In this document: piece after piece, positions 8,263 to 19,000 of the stretch
Layout of the letters: every line of letters starts with the position of its first letter
Position numbering within the stretch: the first letter of the stretch is position 1
Virus record (IMG/VR): IMGVR_UViG_3300044911_003339
Coordinates: 32,001-96,000 of that record
Source of the DNA: a virus
DNA length: 64,000 nucleotides
Strand: one strand, 5' to 3'
Position numbers and translations under genes: made by a program
Notes under the pieces: generated by a model
What the model saw: only the letters and a program-made list of their open reading frames with translations
Databases searched by the model: none
Told to the model about the DNA's origin: nothing

Positions 8263-11200
8263 TGCCGCTCGGTCACAAGTACATCTCGCGCAAGCGCAAC
8301 GCTTCTGGCGGTTACGATTACGTCTACCCGCATCCCACGACGGGTGAACGCGTTCGCATCCGCACTTCCCTGCGTCTCGACGGCGAGCATCGCTCGGTCA
8401 CGGCCGAGAATCCCGAAGACCGCACGATGTCGGCGACAGCCTGGTCGCGTCGCGGGGCAGACGGCAAGACGCTGACCGAGGCTCACTCTGCGCTCGACGA
8501 GGCCGAAGCTCCGATTCATCGCGCCGCGGTCGCTGACACGATGAACCGGAAGAAGACGATCACGCGCCTCTCGCACAAGACCTCCAGCTACGGCGAGAAG
8601 CACGGCATCGGCCCTGACGACAAGGGAGGCTCTGCGGTTCGTGACGCCGCACGCAAGGCGGCGTGGGCTGCTTCCGAGCCGCCCACTGGAGGCCACACCC
8701 GCGAGACGCACGAGAAGGCCGCGAAGGCGCACGAACACGCCGCGAAGCTCGAACGCGAGGCCGGGCGACGTGATGGCTACGTGAGGCACGCTTCGATGGC
8801 CGAGCAGCATCGCAACGCGATGGAGCGGCTGGGCTCCTCAGAATCCGATTCACCAGTCTATCCGTTCTGGGTCCGCAACCAGAGGACCGGGGTCTCCGAG
8901 GGATTCAAGACGCGTGAGCAGGCCGACACGCACCTGCGGCACTACGTGAAGAATCCCGAGGACCACATCATCGAGCAGGTCGGCGCGAAGGGTCCGAAGG
9001 TCAACGTGGACCACCTGCTCTCCGGCAACATGGGAATCCCGCGCATCGAGATGCCGCAGATCCGTTCCTTCAAGCTGCCCGAGTTCCTCTCCAAGCTGGA
9101 GAAGAAGGGCATCAAGGCGACGAAGGGTGAGCGCGCAGTCGGCTCGCTGAAGCCGACGCAGAACGAGATCCACGGCGAGCGCGTCCAGGAGATCATCGAA
9201 GACCCGAAGGAGCGAGAGAATCTCGCGAAGCAGATCATCATCTCGAACGACGGCTTCATCCTCGATGGGCACCATCGCTGGGCAGCGCTCACGACGATCG
9301 ACCCGAAGGCGAAGATCAAGACGCTCCATGTGGACATGCCGATGCGCTCTCTGCTGAAGGAGGCGCACGCGTTCGAGGGTGTGGAGTACCAGAAGAGCGA
9401 ACAGGAGACGGACATGGGCGGCGACCTCATCGACAACCTCGAACTGCTCGCGAAGGGCGACACGCTCGTCGGCTTCTACTCGCCCGGTGTCGCTCGCGGC
9501 GGCAAGTACTACCGCCGAGTCCCGACCGGGAATCCGAAGCACCCGTGGAGGTACTTCTACACGGAGGCGGAGTACAAGGACGCGATGAAGGACGCTTCGC
9601 ACGTCGGCGGGACCGAGGCGAAGCGGGCGCGCGTGAAGAAGCGCGTCTTCGTGAGCGAGAAGGAGGCGCGCGAGAAGTACGGCCTTCCTGGTACGACGAA
9701 GGAGCTTCACGCGCCGGACGGGAACTACCCGCCCGAGCGGAAGAAGCTCCACGAGGAGATCATCTCGCACTTCCTCGACGGCAAGGGGAAGCCCCCCGCA
9801 GGCAAGAAGCCCGTCGCGCTGCTCACCGTCGGAGGTCCGGCCGCGGGCAAGTCCACGCTGCTGAAGCACCTCGGCGAGAACCTCGACGATTACGTGATGA
9901 TCGCCGCCGACGACGTGAAGGAGAAGCTCCCCGAGTTCCAGCGCGCGCTCAACCTCGGGAATCGCAAGGTGACGCAGCCCGACGGCTCGGTCACGAGCGT
10001 GCCAGTCACGGCGAGCCACTCGGGCTGGATGGCGCACGACGAGAGCACGGACATCTCCGACGAACTGGAGAAGCGCGTCATCGCCTCGGGCAAGTCGGCC
10101 ATCTTCGACGGCACGGGCAAGAACGTCCCGAAGATGCTCGCGAAGATCGCCGCGCTGAAGAAGGCCGGCTACCACGTGCGCGTGGTGATGCCGCACGTGC
10201 CGATGGGCGAAGCGATCAAGCGGCTGCACTCGCGCTCGGAGGACACGGGCCGCACGCTGCCCGTCGATGCGGCGATCGACATGCACCGGAAGATTCCGGG
10301 CAACTTCGAAGCCATCGCTCGCGCTGCCGACGACTTCTCGCTCTTCAAGTCGGGCAACCCGCCGAAGCCGATCTGGACGGGCGGCGCGGGTCAGGAGGAC
10401 AAGATCCACGACCACGAGGAGATGTCGAAGTTCAACCTCGCGCGAGGACTGCACCAGGACATCGGCGCAGAGGAGAAGGCGGGCGGAATCTACAAGAAGA
10501 GCGAGGACCCCGAAGCGCTCGACGCGACCGGCCCGAAGCAGCCGCACCACACCATGAACGAGTTCATGGAGATCCTCTCGCGCTGGAACGGCTCCATCGA
10601 CAACCACGAGGACGGCCGGAGCAAGGTGCCGCACGACGGCGACATCGAGGACGGCCTCGCGGACGTGATTCCCGACGCGGAGGACGAGACCGTCAAGCAC
10701 CTGAAGCGTCGTGCTCCGAAGGCCAAGAAGGCGAAGGGCGCTCGCTTCATGGAGCGAGGCGAGGTCGAGAAGAGCGGCGACCTCATCGACTCGCTGGAAG
10801 CTCTCGTGAAGGGCGGCGAGGCTGCGGGGCACAAGCTGGTGCACTCGGAGAATCCGCGTGCGCACGGAGGAGACGTGACGAAGAGCGACCGCTCGCGTCG
10901 CCTGGAGGAGAAGATCATGAGCGACGAGATGCAGAAGGGCCTCTACCAGTTCCAAGGTCTCGGCTCGGGCGAGGTCCCGGACCAGTACCTCTACGATTAC
11001 CTCTGCGCGTTCGTCGAAGAGGCGTACGAGCACGAGCGGCAGGAGAAGGTGCACCAGAACACGCTCGTGCCGCCGTCGAGCACGGGGGCGAGCATCGAGG
11101 ACGTGTGGGCGACCGCCGTCTTCAACGAACTCGTCAGCATGATGGGCTCGAACGCGAACCTGAAGCGCGCGGCGGTGAAGTACAACGTCACGAAGGACGT

Positions 11201-11624
11201 GATCGCGCACATCCTCCGCAGCAAGGGCCTCGTGCGCCCCTTCTCCGACGCCGGCACGTGGACGAGCGACTACGACTCGATGCGCGCGATGGACGGCGAG
11301 GGCGTCACGCGCCCGCTCGTGCTCTCCGAGTCGGCCCGCGCGCAGTACCGCGACATCGTGCCGGATCCGTTCGGGCACAACGTCGGAGTCGCGCTCGCGA
11401 AGGCCGAGCCCGCGCCGACCGCGCCGCTCTTCATCGACGATTCCCACGACCCGCACGGGAATCTCGCGAAGGCCGAGCGTGCTCGCCTCGCACTCGTGGA
11501 CTACCGGCAGAACGCCGAGTGGCGGCCGAACGTCTCGCCGACGTGTATGATCCACGGCAGCGCGGATCTCACGAAGTCGATGAATCTCTCGAACCCGCAC
11601 GCTCGCTGCACCTGCCCGCGCTGA
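8262..11624 (+). CDS. Polyvalent protein: HKY tag + ParB/Srx-like domain + zeta-toxin-like P-loop kinase + C-terminal domain
   Basis: ParB-like LKPTQ..IIIS.DGFILDGHHRW (~9130-9330); zeta-like GGPAAGKST, I.ADDVK, HDES, IFDGTG, R...TGR.LP (~9800-10350); C-terminal CxxH..CxC. Confidence 0.8.
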   Translation: MPLGHKYISRKRNASGGYDYVYPHPTTGERVRIRTSLRLDGEHRSVTAENPEDRTMSATAWSRRGADGKTLTEAHSALDEAEAPIHRAAVADTMNRKKTITRLSHKTSSYGEKHGIGPDDKGGSAVRDAARKAAWAASEPPTGGHTRETHEKAAKAHEHAAKLEREAGRRDGYVRHASMAEQHRNAMERLGSSESDSPVYPFWVRNQRTGVSEGFKTREQADTHLRHYVKNPEDHIIEQVGAKGPKVNVDHLLSGNMGIPRIEMPQIRSFKLPEFLSKLEKKGIKATKGERAVGSLKPTQNEIHGERVQEIIEDPKERENLAKQIIISNDGFILDGHHRWAALTTIDPKAKIKTLHVDMPMRSLLKEAHAFEGVEYQKSEQETDMGGDLIDNLELLAKGDTLVGFYSPGVARGGKYYRRVPTGNPKHPWRYFYTEAEYKDAMKDASHVGGTEAKRARVKKRVFVSEKEAREKYGLPGTTKELHAPDGNYPPERKKLHEEIISHFLDGKGKPPAGKKPVALLTVGGPAAGKSTLLKHLGENLDDYVMIAADDVKEKLPEFQRALNLGNRKVTQPDGSVTSVPVTASHSGWMAHDESTDISDELEKRVIASGKSAIFDGTGKNVPKMLAKIAALKKAGYHVRVVMPHVPMGEAIKRLHSRSEDTGRTLPVDAAIDMHRKIPGNFEAIARAADDFSLFKSGNPPKPIWTGGAGQEDKIHDHEEMSKFNLARGLHQDIGAEEKAGGIYKKSEDPEALDATGPKQPHHTMNEFMEILSRWNGSIDNHEDGRSKVPHDGDIEDGLADVIPDAEDETVKHLKRRAPKAKKAKGARFMERGEVEKSGDLIDSLEALVKGGEAAGHKLVHSENPRAHGGDVTKSDRSRRLEEKIMSDEMQKGLYQFQGLGSGEVPDQYLYDYLCAFVEEAYEHERQEKVHQNTLVPPSSTGASIEDVWATAVFNELVSMMGSNANLKRAAVKYNVTKDVIAHILRSKGLVRPFSDAGTWTSDYDSMRAMDGEGVTRPLVLSESARAQYRDIVPDPFGHNVGVALAKAEPAPTAPLFIDDSHDPHGNLAKAERARLALVDYRQNAEWRPNVSPTCMIHGSADLTKSMNLSNPHARCTCPR

Positions 11625-11660
11625 ACGCGCAGGAGTCGCCCCGAGGCGTAGAGGAGACGC

Positions 11661-13460
11661 ATGGGCCTGTTCGACAAGTTCAAGGATGGATTCGAAGCGC
11701 TCGCGAAGGCGCTCGGCGAATCCGAGGAAGACGGCGAGGACATCCCCTTCGACAAGATGCGGGATGCCCTCGTGCGTTCAGGTCTCGCGGAACCGACGGA
11801 GGAGAAGCCGCGCGCGCTCTTCCACGATCCCTACGCGGTCACGGACTGGGGAGGCTGGCGAGAGCGACCGTCGTCGATGACGTACGAGACGCTTCGCATG
11901 ATGAGCGTGAAGAACACGGTCATCGCCTCCATCATCCAGATCCGGTGTAATCAGGTCGCGCAGTTCGGTCGGCCTCAGCAGGGCCCGTACGACAAGGGCT
12001 ACCGGATCATCCCGCGCGACAGGCGGGACAAGAAGAAGGTGCTCACGCCCGCGGAGAAGAAGCAGGCCGCGGAGATCGAGCGGATGCTGGAGACGACGGG
12101 CTTCCTCCTGCCCGGCGAGAAGCCCGCGGATCGCGACAGCTTCCGCACCTTCTTGCGGAAGGCCACGCGCGACATCCTCACCTACGACCAGTGGGCGTTC
12201 GAGAAGATTCGCGACCGCAAGGGTCGCGTCTCGCGCTTCATCGCGCTCCCCTCAGAGAGCATCCGGCCGGCGAGCGCGGACATCGAGCACATGGACGTGA
12301 AGTCCCTGCGCGAGCGCGTCTCGCACGTCCAGGTCTACGAGGACACGCCGATCGCCGAGTTCAGCCCCGAGGACATCGCGTGGTGCGTGATGAATCCTCG
12401 CTCCGACCTGCGCGCGAACGGCTTCGGCTTCTCGTACATCGAGATGCTCGTCTCGCTCGTGACCGCGTGGCTCTACGGGTTCGAGTACAACCAGCGATTC
12501 TTCATGCAGGGCAGCGCCATCAAGGGCATCCTGAACGTGAAGGGCGCGATTCCCGATCGTCAGCTTCGTGCGTTCCGACGCATGTGGTATTCGATGGTCT
12601 CGGGCGTGAGCAACGCGTGGAAGACGCCGATCCTCAACAGCGAGGATCTCCAGTGGGTCCCGCTCCACGTGAACAACCGCGAGATGGAGTACGGGCAGTG
12701 GATGGACTGGCTCACGAAGCTCACGTGCGCCGTGTTCGGAATCGATCCCGTCGAGATCAACTTCATCTTCGGCAACAGCGGGCAGTCGTCGTCGCTGAAC
12801 CAGTCGCGCCCGAACGCGGCGGAGGTCCAGGAGTCGAAGGACAAGGGCCTCGTGCCTCTCATGGACCACATCGCCGACAACCTGAACATGCACATCATCT
12901 GGGAACTCGCACCAGATTTCGAGTTCGCCTTCACGGGCTTCGACGCGCAGGCCGAGGAGAAGGAGCAGGAGGGTCGCATCAAGGCGGTCACGAACTACAA
13001 GATGATCGACGAGGTGCGCGCGCTCTACGAAGACGATCCGCTGCCGAACGGCATGGGCCAACTGATTCTGAATCCGACCTACATGCAGTGGGCGATGCAG
13101 AAGGAGCAGGCCGCGATGGGCGGACCTCCCGGTGGAGGTGAGGGCGACATGGGCATGGGCGATCCCGACGCGCTGCCCTCCACAGCACCGGGCAACGACG
13201 AGGAAGACCTCGCAGGGCCTCCCCAGAAGGGCCCGCCCAAGCCCGGCCAGCCCCCGAAGGGTCCGCAGGGCCCGCAACCCCCGAAGGGCGCGCAGAAGCC
13301 CCCAGGGAAGCCCTTCGGCTCCCCCGGTGAGGAAGCGCTCCAGGCGTCAGCCTTCGTCGAGCGCACGGCGCGTGGCATCCTCCGCAAGTCCCGCGTACAC
13401 ACGCGCACCGAAGGCGGGCGGGAAATCATCGACATCGAACTGCCGGAGGATCCGACATGA
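11661..13460 (+). CDS. Portal protein
   Basis: FLRKATRDILTYDQ.AFE, NPRSD..GFG.S.IE, YN.RFF.QG..KGIL, G..NAWK.PI, DP.EINF motifs of SPO1-like portals; Pro-rich tail. Confidence 0.92.
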   Translation: MGLFDKFKDGFEALAKALGESEEDGEDIPFDKMRDALVRSGLAEPTEEKPRALFHDPYAVTDWGGWRERPSSMTYETLRMMSVKNTVIASIIQIRCNQVAQFGRPQQGPYDKGYRIIPRDRRDKKKVLTPAEKKQAAEIERMLETTGFLLPGEKPADRDSFRTFLRKATRDILTYDQWAFEKIRDRKGRVSRFIALPSESIRPASADIEHMDVKSLRERVSHVQVYEDTPIAEFSPEDIAWCVMNPRSDLRANGFGFSYIEMLVSLVTAWLYGFEYNQRFFMQGSAIKGILNVKGAIPDRQLRAFRRMWYSMVSGVSNAWKTPILNSEDLQWVPLHVNNREMEYGQWMDWLTKLTCAVFGIDPVEINFIFGNSGQSSSLNQSRPNAAEVQESKDKGLVPLMDHIADNLNMHIIWELAPDFEFAFTGFDAQAEEKEQEGRIKAVTNYKMIDEVRALYEDDPLPNGMGQLILNPTYMQWAMQKEQAAMGGPPGGGEGDMGMGDPDALPSTAPGNDEEDLAGPPQKGPPKPGQPPKGPQGPQPPKGAQKPPGKPFGSPGEEALQASAFVERTARGILRKSRVHTRTEGGREIIDIELPEDPT

Positions 13461-14221
13461 GCGTCCGCACCTTCCTCGACATGAGCTTCCAGATCGGACT
13501 GGAGAACAGTCTCGACGATTCGCTGTTCGAGCGCACGAACTCGCAGCTTCTCGACACGCTTGACCACGCAACCGGAGGTGTCGTGTCGCTCGCGGCGCTT
13601 CAGACGAACGTCACGCTGCCCTTCGGCGACGTGACCGAGGCGCGAATCCTCTACATCGAGGCCGAGGACGGCGACGTGCGCTTCACGCTCGGCGGCGGGC
13701 TCGCGACCTCGGGGCGTATCGACGCCGTGGGCGCGGCCTACCCGACGGGCTTCGTCGGCGCAGAGACGCTCGACTTCGAAGTGGACGCCACGGCGATCGC
13801 CGTGACCTTCACGTCGGGAGACCAGACGATCACGCAGGTCATCAACCGTATCAACGCGGCGTGCGCGCTCGCGGGATTCGCCACGCCGATCGCGAAGGTG
13901 AGCGCGGGGCAGCTTCGCCTCGAAAGCCCGACGACGGGCACGTCTTCGTCGATCGAGATCATCGGAGGCACAGGCCGCGCGACGCTCGGCCTCCCCGCTC
14001 CCTCCACCATCAACTCAGGTGCGAACTCGACGCCCGGCACGAGCCCCGTGGAGCTTCGTCGTCCCGCGGACCCCGCGGGCGCGAGCGCCGCGGCAGGCGT
14101 GAAGGCGATCTTCTTCGGCACCGTGAAGACGAGCAGCATCGTCATGGAGAATCTCTCCGACAACGTGACGAAGGTGCGCTGGGCGATCGCGGGAGACCTC
14201 ACGACCGACGACGCGTGCTGA
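13457..14221 (+). CDS. Putative virion structural protein
   Basis: ATGA coupling; beta-rich with a sheath-insert-like motif (V..RINAA..A....GQLRLES.TTG.SSSIEI). Confidence 0.6.
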   Translation: MSVRTFLDMSFQIGLENSLDDSLFERTNSQLLDTLDHATGGVVSLAALQTNVTLPFGDVTEARILYIEAEDGDVRFTLGGGLATSGRIDAVGAAYPTGFVGAETLDFEVDATAIAVTFTSGDQTITQVINRINAACALAGFATPIAKVSAGQLRLESPTTGTSSSIEIIGGTGRATLGLPAPSTINSGANSTPGTSPVELRRPADPAGASAAAGVKAIFFGTVKTSSIVMENLSDNVTKVRWAIAGDLTTDDAC

Positions 14222-14231
14222 CGGAGGTCCC

Positions 14232-16046
14232 GTGGCTCGCGTACGCATCGAAGCCCCCGAGGGACTGGACCGACTGACGCTCGCGCAGATCGTCGTCGGT
14301 CCTCACCTGCTTCTGAAGTCCCAGCACGTCCGGCATGCCGGCGAGCGGACGTTCTCGCGCTACGTCGCGCTCCAGGAGTTGAACGAGCACGTCGTGAAGT
14401 CGTTCGAGGAGACGCTGAAGCAAGCGCTGAAGCGCGCGGACGATTACATGCAGCGCACGGTGCTGCTCGCCGACGTGGGGCTGCGGAAGGCGGACGAGCA
14501 CCTCCCCGCGTTCCCTCCGCTCTTCACGCCCGAGCAGATGGAGGCGGTGCGCCGCATCCTCACCGATCACGTGCACGGCTTCATCGCGACGACCGTGGAT
14601 CCGAATCTTCTCTCGCAGCACGAGGTCGCGCGCCTGATCGCCGAGGGAGTGATTCCCGCGTCGATGAGCTACGTGTTCCAGGCCGAGCCGGGGCAGGAGG
14701 CTCCTCTCGCCGAGGACTGGATCGGAGCGGCCTACACCTACGGCGCGATGCTCGGCTCGATGCGAGAGGGCGATGACGCCGCCTACGTGAAGTCGCTGTC
14801 GTGGCCGACGTTCGCCAAGAAGCAGAAGGCACAGCCGCTCGTGCTGACCCCGCACGAGCAGGCCGCGCTCGACGTGGCGAAGCACAGCGCGGGCATCCAC
14901 TGCCGCGGGCTCGGGAACGAAGTCGCCGACGACTTCTCGACGATCGCCATCGACACGGACCGCGCGCTGCGGAAGCGATTCGAGCACGAGATCCAGACCT
15001 CGACCGAGGCGAACATCGCGCGCCGCGACGCGTGGCGGAAGCTCGCGAGCGACCTCGGGCACAAGACCGGGGACTGGGCGCGAGGCTTCGGGCGCATCGC
15101 CGCGACCGAGAAGCAGCGCGCGTTCCAGGAGGGATTCTCCACGACGCTGAAGAAGCGCGAGAAGAAGCGCCCCGAGGACGTGCGCGTCGCCAAGCTCCCG
15201 GCACCCGACGCGTGCCCCGACTGCGTGCGCCTGCACCTCACCGCAGGTCCCGGTTCCAAGCCGCGCATCTTCTCGCTCGCAGACCTGGAGGCCAACGGCT
15301 CGAACATCGGCGTGAAGCGCGCCTCGTGGAAGGCCGTCGTCGGGCCGGTGCATCCGTGGTGCGGGTGCGAACTCGTGCACGTGCCCGACGGCTGGGATTT
15401 CGACGACGAGAACAAGCTCATGCCCACGAAGCTCGAACGCAGCGCACGCCTGGAGGCGGACCTGCGGAAGAGCGCGGACAAGCAGCGACACCTGACCTAC
15501 AGGGAATCGGTTCCCGAGAAGGGCATCGTCGTTCGCGTCGGCGACCCGCTCACGCGAGCGGAGATCGACAAGGTGATCGCGCGCACGCCCGAAGTGCTGT
15601 TCGACCACAAGGTCGGCGTCACGCTCATCACGACCGATCTGCCGACGGTGCAGAACGTGCTCGACCCGCACGATCTCGCCTACTGGACGGGCAACGAGAT
15701 TCGCCTCTCGCAGACTCTCGCGCCCGAGCGCGTGAACCTCGTGCTCATGCACGAGTTCGGTCACGCGCTGAACGTGTTCCTCTACCAGAAGTTCGACGAG
15801 AACACGGACCGCGTGCGCGCGTGGCACGACGCCCTGTTCGCCATCGCGAAGGTCGAGGGCTTCGTCTCCGATTACGCGACCCGCGAGCCGATCGAGAACG
15901 CAGCCGAGGTGACCCGGCTCTACCTCTACGACCGGCCGAAGCTCATGCGGGAGTTCCCGCGGCAGTTCGCCTTCTGCCAGAAGGACTACCGCGACATCCT
16001 CCCGCCCTGGAAGTGGAGGAACGATGGCGATTCTAAAGATCGCTGA
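14232..16046 (+). CDS. MuF-like (SPP1 gp7-like) minor head protein fused to a C-terminal zincin metallopeptidase
   Basis: RIAATE..A, DACPDC, GPVHPWCGC.L (MuF Cys/His motifs); HEFGH..VSDYA...E..AE (zincin). Confidence 0.82.
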   Translation: MARVRIEAPEGLDRLTLAQIVVGPHLLLKSQHVRHAGERTFSRYVALQELNEHVVKSFEETLKQALKRADDYMQRTVLLADVGLRKADEHLPAFPPLFTPEQMEAVRRILTDHVHGFIATTVDPNLLSQHEVARLIAEGVIPASMSYVFQAEPGQEAPLAEDWIGAAYTYGAMLGSMREGDDAAYVKSLSWPTFAKKQKAQPLVLTPHEQAALDVAKHSAGIHCRGLGNEVADDFSTIAIDTDRALRKRFEHEIQTSTEANIARRDAWRKLASDLGHKTGDWARGFGRIAATEKQRAFQEGFSTTLKKREKKRPEDVRVAKLPAPDACPDCVRLHLTAGPGSKPRIFSLADLEANGSNIGVKRASWKAVVGPVHPWCGCELVHVPDGWDFDDENKLMPTKLERSARLEADLRKSADKQRHLTYRESVPEKGIVVRVGDPLTRAEIDKVIARTPEVLFDHKVGVTLITTDLPTVQNVLDPHDLAYWTGNEIRLSQTLAPERVNLVLMHEFGHALNVFLYQKFDENTDRVRAWHDALFAIAKVEGFVSDYATREPIENAAEVTRLYLYDRPKLMREFPRQFAFCQKDYRDILPPWKWRNDGDSKDR

Positions 16047-19000
16047 TCTCGTGAAGAGCGGAGGTCCGTACATCGGGCCGAAGGGCGGTGTGTGGGCCGA
16101 CCCGCAGCACACGGTGCCGTGGAAATCGGATCATGAGGACACCACCTCTCACTTGTTCCACTCCACGCCCGCGTACGCGATGAGCCGGATCAAGCGGGAA
16201 GGTCTTGCTCCGCGCAAGGGCGCAGGTCTCTTCCAGCACGGCGGCTACGATCTGCACTCGCAAGGCAAGGTGTTCCTCTCGAACAACCTCTACGCGGCGA
16301 AGCAGTGGCACAGCAAGGTCGAGGCTCAACTCGAACACCACCACGATAATCCGAAGCACCACGTTGCAGTCATGCTTCGTGTGAAGCCTCGGGAGACGCA
16401 TCTCGACGATGTTGGAGACCGCGATGTGAGCGGCTCTCGCTTCGTGCGCGACGTTGTGCCTGCAACCGACATCGAGTTCTTCCACGAAGGTACGAAGCGC
16501 TGGAAGCCGGTGAAGGATTACAAGCACGGCACGCACGGTATCCCGGACGACCACTACGAAGCTCACGCGCCGCGCGACGAAGAGGCAGACGCCGCCGAGA
16601 AGGCCGCAGCGAAAGAGGCACGACGCGCGAAGCGCGAAGCCGAGGAGCAGGCGACTCGCGCGCGGCTCGCGGCGCTCCAGGAGGAGCGCGCGAAGCGCGA
16701 GGCTGCGGAAGCGCAGGTTCACTTCAGGGATTCTGACGAAGGCAAGGCAATCCTCACGCGCTGGAAGGGCCTCTCCCCCGAAGAGCGTCAGGCGAAGGCG
16801 AAGCGCATCCTCGACGCGCCCCGCCCTTTCCCCGGCGCTCCCTCGATGCTGTCGCTCGGGCAGCGAGGCGAGGTGTGGCGCGAAGCTCTCGGAGTCGATG
16901 AGAAAGGGAATCTCGTGAAGTCGCGATTCATCATCAAGGCAGGCCCCTCAGGTGGGGGTTGGATGCCGATCCCCGGAGGCCACCACGGAGGGCTTCGGCG
17001 ACGACACGGCGCGGGCTGGGAGTACTGGTACCCGAACGGAGCCCCGCACTTCGTGCTCCGCGAGCAGAAGCACCCCGAGGAGCAGCACGGGCACGAGCAG
17101 ATCGACCCGGAGCCCTCGCACTGGGCCCTCGTCACGCCCGGCCCCGGCCTGCCCCCGGTCGGGTGGACCGCGGGCGGCGTGAACCCGCACGACACGAAGA
17201 CCCCCGTGAAGGAGGCCGGTGTCTCGGGGAAGCTCTACCGCATCAAGAATCCGCACATCCGAGAAGGCTGGGCGCTGCTCACCGACGTGCGCTCGGGCGA
17301 GGACCACATGGTCCAGCACGACCGCGTGATGCCCGTTCGGTGGCTTTCGCCCGAAGAGAGGGCTCTCCAGGGCTCTACAGAGCCTCAGGAGCCGTTTTCG
17401 ACCTGGAAGCCAGGGGTGGGTCCCTCCAAGCGCCCGAGCGGCGGAGGGGCGTCTGAGGGCAAGCGGATGCCCTCCTTCCCCGACTCCCGAGCGCTGCCCG
17501 GAACCGAGACGCACAAGCTGGAGAACGGCGCGTACGTCTGGCGCAAGGTCACGCGGTACGAAGCCGACGAGGACGGCACCACTCGCAAGGTCGAGCGGCT
17601 CGCGCCTGGAATCCCCGACTCCGACAAGATCGCGCTCATCGCAGAGTACGAGGGCCTCGTCGCCAAGACGGCGAAGCGCGTGCGCAGCGCGTTCGGGCTC
17701 AGCGCCCGCCTCTCCACCGGCCCCGGTCAGCGCACGGTGGACGACACGCTCGTCGAGCTTCGGCAGGCCGGCGTGGAGGGTCTGCTCCACGCCATCGACA
17801 GCTATCGCCCCGTGGGCCCGTTTGCAGCGCACGCCCAGCAGTACGTTCGCGATTACGCGCGTCTCCACGCCGCACGGGAGTTCGCGGGAGGCATCGCGAT
17901 CCCGCGGCGGCATGCGCGCCTGCTCTCGTCCTACATCGCGGCCCGCGCAGAGGCCGCGCGCGTGAGCGGAAGCCACGACCCGAGCCCCGAGGTGGTCGCG
18001 GAGTTCTGGAAGCCGAAGAAGCGGGACCTGCACTCGGGCCTCTCGCCCGAGGAAGGCGGAGGAACGATTCCTCTCGCTGGCTACACGCTGAAGCGCAAGA
18101 CGACCTCGACCGATCCCGAGACGGGCAAGAAGAAGACGACCGTCGAGGGCGAGGACGTGGTGCAGCAGCCCGGCCGCCTGGAGTGGGCGCAGCAGTTCCA
18201 CGCGTTCCTCGTCGGGCAGGGAGGCATGGCGGACATCGACGAGCAGGCCGCGCTGTTCCCCGGCCTCGGCGTCGGCACGGGGCTCGGCGCGGACGAGCGC
18301 ATCGCCGTGCGCGAGGCGATGATGCGCGCGCTCCCTCCCGACGGGACGATCGTCACGGTCCAGGCGGGCCCGCAGGCCCAGTTCCGCGGCGAGACCTGGA
18401 AGGCGATCGACCTCGCCCTCGGGCTCTCGTCGGGCGATCCGCTGCCTCTCGACGAAGTGGTCCGTCGCGTGCCCGTCGAGGGATCGCGCGGAGGTGAGTG
18501 GAAGCGTCTCGGAAGCTCGCGAGCGCGCGCCGCGATCGAGGCGCTCATCCGCGACGGCCTGAACACGGTCGCGCGTCACCTGCGAGGCGACGAGGACCGA
18601 GCAGCGTCGCTCGCGCAGGCCCTCGTGACGAAGCTCGTGCCGACCGAGGCTCCGAAGGAGCGGCTCCCCACGATGCGAGAGCGAATCCGCGCTGCGATGG
18701 CCCGCATCACCCCGGCCGAGGTGCAGCGCTGGCGCGAGGAGACGCGAGCGCGCTACCCCGAGCGGCCCGACATCGGCCGACGGATGTCTCGTGTCACCGA
18801 TTCCGAAGCGAAGCGCCGCATCGTCGAGGAGCGCATCGCCGCAGCCCCGCTCACGCCCGAGATGCACGAGGCGATGCTCCGCACGATGACGGCGATTCGC
18901 CAGGGCGTCTCGGCCTCGGGCCAGAACGTCTTCGGCGTCGTGGACCCGAAGGGGTCGAAGAAGAGCCTGCGCGTGCACTCGCTCTCCAAGGCCGGCGACC

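Noticed and set aside
9545-11950. Long alternative + frame ORFs (9545-11950, 35994-38342, 28622-30088 etc.)
   Set aside because: Arg/Gly/Pro-rich off-frame reads caused by stop-codon scarcity at high GC3.
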